Assembly: GCF_009914755.1 (NCBI RefSeq)
Contig: NC_060946.1
Direction: 5' to 3' (one strand)
Source of the DNA: the human T2T-CHM13v2.0 reference genome, Homo sapiens
Length of the DNA: 64,000 nt
Part shown: piece by piece, positions 53,303-64,000 of the stretch
Layout: the number at the start of each line of letters is the position of its first letter
Numbering within the stretch: the stretch's first letter is position 1
The notes under the pieces: generated by a model
Seen by the model: only the letters and a program-made list of their open reading frames with translations
What the model was told of the DNA's origin: nothing
The model's database searches: none
Program-made: the position numbers and the translations under genes

Positions 53303-55019
53303 GAAGCAGCAGTGTAATTGGAATGCCCACTGCTGAGGCTCTCGAATGAGTGTCATGTGTGCACATTTTGCCCCTCACAATGCACGTCAGACTATTAATA
53401 GGAAGCAGCCGCTGGAATACCTCTGGTGGGGTGTGTGCAGCAGGCAGCTTTGGAATTACGGTATCCCCAATGTGACAGCAGGACAATGGCTTCTTCACTG
53501 GCACTGTCCAACCACAGTCCTGTGGTTATGTCTCGAGGTCCATTATTGGGCGAAGGTCACTGCAGACTCAGGGAGGCCCAGGAGCTCACCCCAACCAGCT
53601 TCTTTACCAGGTGAGTGACCTCAGCCCTGCAGCTGGACTCATGGAGACAATGACCTCACCCGAAGATAGATGACCCCTGTCCACCGTCCACACAACAACT
53701 GAACTGGCCCCAGGTTGACTCCTCTACACCCTGCTTCCTACTGTACCCCTGTCAAAGGCCTTCCTCCCACCCTTCCCACTCCTCTTCCTCCCTGGCAGCC
53801 CAACCACCACAAATTCACTAACTTGTTTTCAACTCTTACAGGCTGCCCTCCTAACCCTAGCCCTGACCTCTGCCCTCCTAACCCCAGCCCTGACCCCACC
53901 GCCCTCTCAGGAGGCTTTACCAATCCTCTGCATGTTAGCCCCACCCAAGGAACAGGCCTATTTTCAAGCATACTAACTGTTGGGTGTGTCGCTTACCTAT
54001 GCATATGACAGCCAATCCAACCTACCTAAATGACAGCACAGCTCCATCCATGGATGTGGCTGACCACATCTCCAAACCATCTTCCCACTGGGGACAAATT
54101 CTTGGATTTTTTAGAGACAGGTTCTCACTCTGTCACCCAGGCTGGAGTACAGTGGTGAGCCTCAGACTCCTGGGCTCAAGGGATCCTCCCACCTCAACCT
54201 CTGGAGTAGCTGGGACTACAGGTGCACACCACCACCGTGCCTGGCTAAATTTTTAATTTTTTTTTTTTTTTTTTTTTTTTTTAGAGATGGGGGTTGCTAT
54301 GTTTTCCAGGCTGGTTTTGAACTCCTATCCTCAAGTGATCCTCCCACCTCAGCCTCCCAAAGCACTGGGATTATAGATGTGAGCCACCAATCTTAGCCCA
54401 AATTTTTAACTAAACTCAATTAAACAAATGAACAAACAGAAAAGACTCTCAAACCACACACTGTCGTCTCTCACCCAACAGAGACAAGACGTCTATAAAC
54501 CACCAATCTGTTTAAAGAGACCACCAAATGTTCAGACCATGAAACTGAAAGAATCAAAATAAAGTTGTCACTATGCCACCAACGGACAAAAGCCAGGAGC
54601 ACACAACCAGGGGTCATACTCACTGAAGGTCCCCCACCCTGATGGCCAGTCAGGGGCGGCTTGCGGGTCTCAGAGAGGGCTCACCACCTGCTTGCAGTCA
54701 TTGGGGATGGGAAGGTAAGTCCAACCCATGCCAGGTCAAGGCACAAAGACTGTGGGGGGAATGCACCAGACACATAAAGAGATGACTTTATTCAGGCTAC
54801 TGCTATGGGAAGAAAACTCACTAATGAGGAAGGAGGGGCCTGGTAAATAAGAGACTCATGTGGAAGGCTGGAGGCGGGGTCTTAGAATGGACAAGGGCAA
54901 AGTGCTCCTTCTGGTCTCACTATTTCTCAGAACGCAAAGGAAGAGGCAATTTCTCAGTGAGCACCATTTCCCTGGAACCCAGGGCTGAGATGAATTTCAG
55001 TACTGCCAGCGGCCTCCGC

Positions 55020-56950
<1,931 letters not shown>

Positions 56951-58884
56951 CTGTGGCCTGCGTCTGCTTGTAACCAGGCTGGGCCTGGTCCCCACATTCC
57001 TCCCACTCCATTGTGCTCTGTGCTACAAAAAATATTTGCGTTTTCCACCACTCATAATTTTTCCTCCTCAATCGCTACCAGATGTGGGTCCTGTGGTCCC
57101 CATCCCCATGGCAACGGAGGTTCCAGCAGCCGCGGTTCCCTTTTGTGGCGCCTGCCCTGGGAGCTGGCACTGCTGTGAGCCCCGAGGGGGTGGGGAGAAG
57201 CGGGTGGTGGGAGGCAGGAGGCTGGAGGGGTCCCAGCAGCTCCCTTCCCAGCAGCCACTGGAACCCTCCTGGGGGGAAGGGAAGGCTGGTGGTAGGTTGG
57301 GGGGGGTCCCCTGTTTTGTGAGGCACCCACAGGTAGAGTCTTCGACACCTAGGGGGCTTCCCAGAGAAGGGCAAGGAGAGGTCCCCAGAAAGGCCTGGTC
57401 ACTGGGACATCCCTGTTCTCTCCAAATCGTGCTGGTCCAGGCTGGGGGAGGAGAAATAGCAAGAACTGAGGGCTTGGGGGTTCAGGGAACAGCAGTGTGG
57501 CATCCTCATCGTTCTGGGGGGTGGGCACCACCTAGACAAGAATGTGGTCTGAGCCCCTGCACTGCCCACCCCTCACCCACACGCAGGCACTGCCCTGCCC
57601 TCGCGGAGCCCGGCTGGGCATCTGCCCTCTTGGCCTTAACCCCAGCAGCCCGCATGGCGCAGTGCCCAAACAGAGCAGAGGCTTTCCAGCCACAGGGCCA
57701 TGGCTGGGAGGGTGCCCAGCTGGCTCCAGGGAAGCAGTATGGCCCAGAGGCAGGGATCCCACATTCCACGTGCTGCCTGTTTGTGTCCTGCCAGCTGCTC
57801 TGGACGGCCGACCCAGGGCAGGACGCAGTCTCCACTCAGATGGCTGGGCCTTCTGAGATGGGTGACCCCTCTAAGATGGGTGACCAAAGTTGACCTCCGT
57901 GGGGCATCTGGTCAGAGGATGAGAGTGTGCCCAGGACGAGAGCCCCAAGTTGCCAGCGTGAGACCAATGAGTGCTGTGTGGCGGCTGCAGGGTGATCAGA
58001 AGATCCTGGCAGCAGGGGAAGACTTTGAGCTGGGCATCAAAAGATGAGATGCAGGAGAACAGGAAGAGGCCTGCCGGGCAGAGGCAGGAGGTGGGAGGAG
58101 AACAGACAGGCAGGAGCTGGGGGAACTTAGTGTGGGGACAGCAGGGGCCATGGAAGGTGAGGGTCTGCGGCTTAGGAGGGTCACTTAGGAGGCCTGCCCG
58201 GGAGGGTAGGCGGGTCAGGAGCAGCGAGGCCGTAGGGCACAGATGGTCACAGATAGCCAGGCAGCCGGGTCTGGCTTGGGGGCAGGGGATCTGCCCCGGG
58301 CGCTCCCTCCGTCTCCCTCAACCTTCCGCAGTAGCAGGCGGGGCTGGCAGGCAGGAGAGTTTCCGGCTGAGGACAAGGAACCCGTTGAGGCAGACAGCAG
58401 GGCTCTGTGCAGCAGGAGACCGGCTTGTTTGTGCTGGAGGAGGCCCGGCTGGAGTAAGCGCCCGCGGCCCCCTGGCCGCAGCCTCTGCACCCCCCGCAAG
58501 CTGCCACCAACAGCTCTGAGGCCCAAGTTTAACAGCAGCGGCCAGGGGAAAAGGCCGGGATCCGAGGCAGGCCCATCGCCTGTCCCTTTCAGTCAGGGAC
58601 TCTGCCTGATCTGCCCCCACCCAACCTTCCTCCCCGTGACCAGTCCAGAATGGGGCAGGCCAGATCGGGGCCGCATAAACTTGATAAACAAACGAAGCCT
58701 GTGGGTTGACACAGCCCACTTCCACCATGGTCCCGGGAGACCCACGCCTGGGCTCCAGGGCTCCCTGCTGAGATAAGGGGTGGGGGAGAGTGCAGGACAG
58801 GTCGTCACATAAAGTTACTTCTGGGGGGCATCTTTGGCCGAAGCCTGCAAACAGGAAGTGATCAGAGCATGAGGGGAAAGGCAT

Positions 58885-58890
58885 TTTATT
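58885..58890 (-). terminator. SCARF2: SCARF2 polyadenylation signal
   Basis: AATAAA on the minus strand about 770 nt after the stop codon. Confidence 0.75.
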
Positions 58891-59660
58891 AAGAAAGCTT
58901 TGGCCAAGCCCCCGCCGGGAGGAGCCCATCCTGGGGCACCGGCCGAGGGGGGAGCAGCCCTGCTGGGGGCCTATAAATACATCTCCTCAGGCCACTAGAG
59001 TCGCCCCTGGAGGTCCCGCGGCGTGTGGGGCAGTGGGAGGCCATCAAAACCAGCTGACAGCTGAGGGGCCTGGGCCCGGGGCGCCAGGGAAGGGAAGGGG
59101 TGGGACGGACTAAGCCCCTGAGGAGCGGAGACCAGCCCTCCTCCCCAGGCTGGGGTCAACCAGATGCCCGGGAGCCTGGCCAGTGGAAGTAGCCCCGGGC
59201 TCTATTGGGACGGCCAAGGGAGGGAGCCTCCAGCCAGAGGCACCAGGCCCTAGCGGGGGAGAGGCAGCCCGGGCAGAAGTGCCTCTGGCTGCAACCAATG
59301 AGAAGGTAGCCCTAACCAAGTCCACTCCTGGCCAGTAAGAGGCGGTCTTTAAGCGGAACCCTCCCATCTTTGGCCAATGAGACGCTGTCTGGTCGGAGCG
59401 CTCCATAACTCGGCCAATGGGGAGGGAGTCGCCCGCTAAGCGCCTGTCAGGCCTCGACCAACGGGATGGGCCCTTCCCGCCAGAGCACACTGCTCCAATC
59501 CAGGAGCGGCTGCAGGACCTGAGCCAATGAGACGCAACCTCCGCTAGCCGCGCGGTGCTCGGCCAATAGGAGGCCGCCCGTGCCCGGTAGCGTGGGAGGT
59601 GTGGGGTGGCGGGCGGCGCTGCGAAGCTGAGGGAGCTGCGCGCGGACGAGCCACAGCCTG

Positions 59661-60568
59661 CTACAGGGTGGGTGCGCCCGCCCTGCCCAGCTCGCCCGCC
59701 GCCTCCCGGCTCTTCTTGCGCGGCGGCTTCTGGATGGGGGTCTTCTTCCGGGGGGTCTCAGGCGCGGGCAAGTCGGTCGCCGCCTTCTCAGGCCCCGGGG
59801 TTTCGGTCGCTGGGGGCGCGCGGGCGGGCGAGGCTGGCGGCACGGAGCGCTTGGCTTTCTGTGGGGGCGCCGGCTTTTCCCTGGGGCCCTGCGCGCCCAG
59901 GGCCACCTCGGCGCGGCCCAGGCTGCGAGTCTTGCCGCGCAGCTCAGCGGCCAACATGGAGGCAGCCTCGGGCGCGCTTCGCGGGGGACCGCCGGCGTCC
60001 GTGGGCTCCAAGAGGCCGGGGCCGCGGCCCCGCGCTCGGGCCCTGGGCGGCGAGGGCGCAGCGAGGGCTGTCGCCTCCTCGGGCAGCCCGGGGGGCCGCG
60101 GCGTTGGGTCGCGGGTCCGGGGGCTGCCGTGTTCGACCGTATGCGCCGATTTGTCGCTGGGCGTCCGTTTCCTCTTGCTGGGGCTGGGCGCGGCCTCGGA
60201 GCCTGGCGGCGGTGGTGAGGGCGCACGGCCAGCTGCAGCGGCGCTGTGCTTGCCGTGGATCCAGGACACCTTAGGCTTGGTGGCGGGGTCAGGTGGCGGC
60301 GGTTTCCTGCGCTCGGGCGATGGCGACAGCGACAGGCCCCCAATCTCGCCCCGGGCCCGGGCCGGCCGGGCCTCGCGTCGGGCCACGCGCGCGTACAGAG
60401 CCCCTCCGGGCCCCTCCACGCTGGACGCCGACCGCTCGCTGTCGGAGGACGCGGGGAGGGGTATCGCCTCCTCGGCGGAGGCTGGCGTGGTCAAGGGCAC
60501 AGGGGACGGCGCCGGCGCCTCGGCAGGGACAGTGGGGACTTCGGGGTCCCGGCTCTCCGCTGGTGCCT
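59661..60568 (-). CDS. SCARF2: SCARF2 last coding exon (Pro/Ala/Arg-rich cytoplasmic tail ending ...ELGRAGAPTL*)
   Basis: cccttgccag|AG GCA CCA; phase matches the upstream exon (HE-E-APAES); CpG island. Confidence 0.93.
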
Positions 60569-60923
60569 CTGGCAAGGGAAGAGCAGGGCGGTCACAGCCT
60601 TCAGGAATACCTTTAGGGGCTCCAACCTCCAGGCGCAAACCTTCACCTTTCCTCCTCTACCCACGCCCTTGGCACTGTGTCACCCTGGCATCTAGACGTG
60701 CCTGGCACAGAGCACCAACCACACATGTGTACTTCAGAGCCTCAGGCTATGCGGCTGACTCTGAACTCAGGCTGTGCAAGGAGTGATGGGCGCATTCCCG
60801 CGACTGAAGCCCAACCTTGGCCTGGCCTGGCAGCCCTGCCCCAACACCCCTCCAGCCTTGGGCGCCTGCATCATCGAATTTGAGGCTGGAACATCCCCAC
60901 AGGGGTTCCATTATCCTTCTTTA

Positions 60924-61344
<421 letters not shown>

Positions 61345-61690
61345 TCAAAGGCTGTGTGTGGATCCAACTCCCATACTCTGTGGATCCCTTCCTCCTGTCT
61401 CCTCTGCCACCCCCTACCTAAGCCCAGAAACTTCTCTCTGCCTACTTTCCCCCAGGAGCAACCCTGGGCTGTGGCCTACCCATCTCCCCACTGAGCAGCA
61501 GAGTCTCCGGTACTGAGCAGCAGAGTCCAGCTCTATGGCCTCAGCTCTGTGGGCAACCCTCAGGTACCAGCATGGCCAAGGCCTTCCTCTCCATGCTGCC
61601 TGCCCTTCTCCTGTGTCCCACCCAGAACACAGCTTTTCCATGGGAACATTTCACTGGGCTGGAGTGATGCCCAGGCAGGGCCTTACTTAC

Positions 61691-61843
61691 CCTCATGGGG
61701 TACACAGTACACAGGGCCTTCATCAGTGGTGTCAAACGAGGAGAAGGAGGCCCGAGAGGACCAGGATGGTGAGGGCTGCTCCAGCCCTGAGGGTGGCTCC
61801 AGGAAGCTGCAGTTGAGTGTGTTATCCAGGTCGTGGTGGGCCA
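61691..61843 (-). CDS. SCARF2: SCARF2 exon (VAHHDLDNTLNCSFLEPPSG...DEGPVYCVPHE)
   Basis: 153 nt, ccccag|TG...GAG G|gtaagt; SCARF-family NCSFLEPPS and VYCVP motifs. Confidence 0.92.
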
Positions 61844-62223
61844 CTGGGGAAGGATGAGGCAGAGCTGCCAGGGGTCCACTCTGCCCCAGCCGGTGCCCTC
61901 ATTAGCCCCTGCTGTGACAAATGTTGATGGGGTGACCAAGACCAGCCCTATTCTTGGACTGCAGGGGGCACAGGCAACTCAACAGGTACAGTGACACTGG
62001 GCCAGGACTGGAGAATGGGTAGAGGTGAACCCAGAAAAGAAACATGGGCACAACATGTGTTAAGGTGCAAGGCAAGTGTGTGCATCCAGGGAGCTGGAAA
62101 AGGTTGGCCTGACGTGTTGAGAAAAGGCCAGAAAGGTGGGAGACGGGGCTGAAGAAGACACCTGGCTGGGACAGGCCACCAAGGCCTCCAAGCTCTGTTT
62201 TAGGCCCTGCCTTGTGCGAATAA

Positions 62224-62754
<531 letters not shown>

Positions 62755-63496
62755 TAGTAGAGACCGGGTTTCTCCATGTTGGTCAGGCTGGTCTTGAACT
62801 CCAGGCCTCAGGTGATCCACCTGCCTCGGCCTCCCAAAGTGCTGAGATTACAGGCATGAGCCACCATGCCCGGCTTGGCTAAGGGGTTTTCTCAGCTGTT
62901 TCCTTCATCTCCCAAGAGTCTGAGCCCCCTTCCCCTCCATCTTTAGAAATAAGTGGGAAAGAGAGGAAGAGAGGGTCCACCCAGGTGCAAGTCAGCATGG
63001 AGAGAAGCGGCACACCCCACCCCCCTATCCTGTTGGTGGGTGGGGACCAGCCTGCCCACTTTCCAGGAGGATCTCTGGGTACTGCTGGGGATGTAGGCAG
63101 GAGGGTGGGTCCTCTCCGTGGGGCAGGGCACTCCCGTGGCCACGCATTCCCCCAGCAGCTCTGGCCGGGATATACAGCATTCTCCTACAGACTGGGGGAG
63201 CCTGCGGGACCCAGATGTCCACACACCCCTGATGCGATCACTCTCAGGGCCAACGTTTCTGACATATGCCCACATCAGCCGGCGCACCTAGGACTCCTGC
63301 CTTCCTACCTTGCCTCGCCCTCAGCAGCTGCCACACCTCTTACCTTCCCTCTGGTCGCACCTCCTCGCGCCCACGCACATCAACACTCAAGGTCCCCCAT
63401 TTCCTCACTGAGATCTGGACCCCCTCACACCCATTTCCCAGCAGCTTCCTGCGTCGAGAGGTGTTTCTCCCAGATACCCCGCGCTGTCATCCTTAC

Positions 63497-63612
63497 CTAC
63501 GACTTTGGGTAGTTTCTGCCTCCGGAGCGGGATCCGGGGCAGCTTCATGCTGATGCGACTGAAGCGCCCGCATAGTCGGTGCGGCGCCTTCTTCCTCCCA
63601 AGCGAAAGCTCC
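63497..63612 (-). CDS. SCARF2: SCARF2 exon (RELSLGRKKAPHRLCGRFSRISMKLPRIPLRRQKLPKVV)
   Basis: 116 nt, cgcag|G...GTA G|gtaagg. Confidence 0.93.
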
Positions 63613-63807
63613 CTGCGGGGGCGGGGTCTGAGCGGAGGGGCGGGGCCGGGGCGGGGCCCAGGGGCGATTAGATCTCGGCCGGAGCCAAGCACAGAAGGGG
63701 CGGGGCCACGTCCGGGGCAGGGGCGCGGAAGGGTTGGATCTGGGTCCGGTGGCACCCAGAGGGTGCGGCCTGAACCCAGGCGAAAGCGGGGCAGTATCTG
63801 GGCTCAC

Positions 63808-63925
63808 CGGCGCGTAGGGTCCTTGCCGCGGCAAGCGCAGCAGCAGCCGAGCAGCGAGAGCAGCAGGCAGACGAGCAGGACGAGCAGCGCGCCCGCGCCC
63901 ATCACGCCCTTGCGCTGGTTGGTTT
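63808..63925 (-). CDS. SCARF2: SCARF2 transmembrane exon (ETNQRKGVMGAGALLVLLVCLLLSLLGCCCACRGKDPTR)
   Basis: 118 nt, tacag|AA...CG|gtgagc; hydrophobic helix followed by a Cys cluster. The next donor (cactta) is cut by the window end. Confidence 0.92.
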
Positions 63926-64000
63926 CTGTAGGGGGTTATGGGGTCAGCGCGGTTTCTGGCACCCCCTGCATTCCTTAACGGGACGCCCCTCATCCACTTA

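Noticed and set aside
58970-58980. TATA box (CTATAAATA) on +
   Set aside because: It lies upstream of the CCAAT array rather than downstream, and reads as a common UAUUUAU 3'UTR element on the SCARF2 strand.
59447-60786. 395-aa (+), 298-aa (-) and 222-aa (+) ORFs overlapping the SCARF2 last exon
   Set aside because: Stop-poor GC-rich DNA with low-complexity G/A/R/P products and no recognisable domain. Antisense transcription is possible (see CCAAT finding) but coding is unsupported.

Overview
Alu-dense primate genomic DNA, most likely human chr22q11.21 (recognised from gene content and order, not from a search). Three genes are present. (1) Six minus-strand exons (886-11573) of a USP18 duplicate (USP41/USP41P); the USP18 ATG exon is absent and the 3' exons lie beyond the left edge. 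(2) The complete KRAB zinc-finger gene ZNF74 on +, with a CpG-island promoter near 28.3-28.9 kb and five coding exons totalling 1935 nt (644 aa, 12 C2H2 fingers). (3) The last four exons and 3'UTR of SCARF2 on - (58.9-63.9 kb). The rest is about 45 Alus, L1 fragments, several solo LTRs (LTR12, LTR3-like, MER4A, MST), a fragmented ERVL-type internal region, a U6 retrocopy and a 7SL retrocopy. I found no convincing new protein-coding gene or wholly new system. Best second-look items: a LINE-2-derived coding tail of ZNF74 whose divergence is almost all synonymous; a ~40-bp periodic CCAAT array in the SCARF2 3'UTR; a U6-L1 chimeric retrocopy with an Alu in its junction; an LTR12 missing its TATA/R segment, with a polyadenylated LTR12-R retrocopy 9 kb away; a templated patch inside an Alu near the likely USP41 duplication boundary; and a CTCF motif next to a CpG-enriched 7SL copy. 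Repeat subfamily names and reference protein comparisons come from memory and need confirming.
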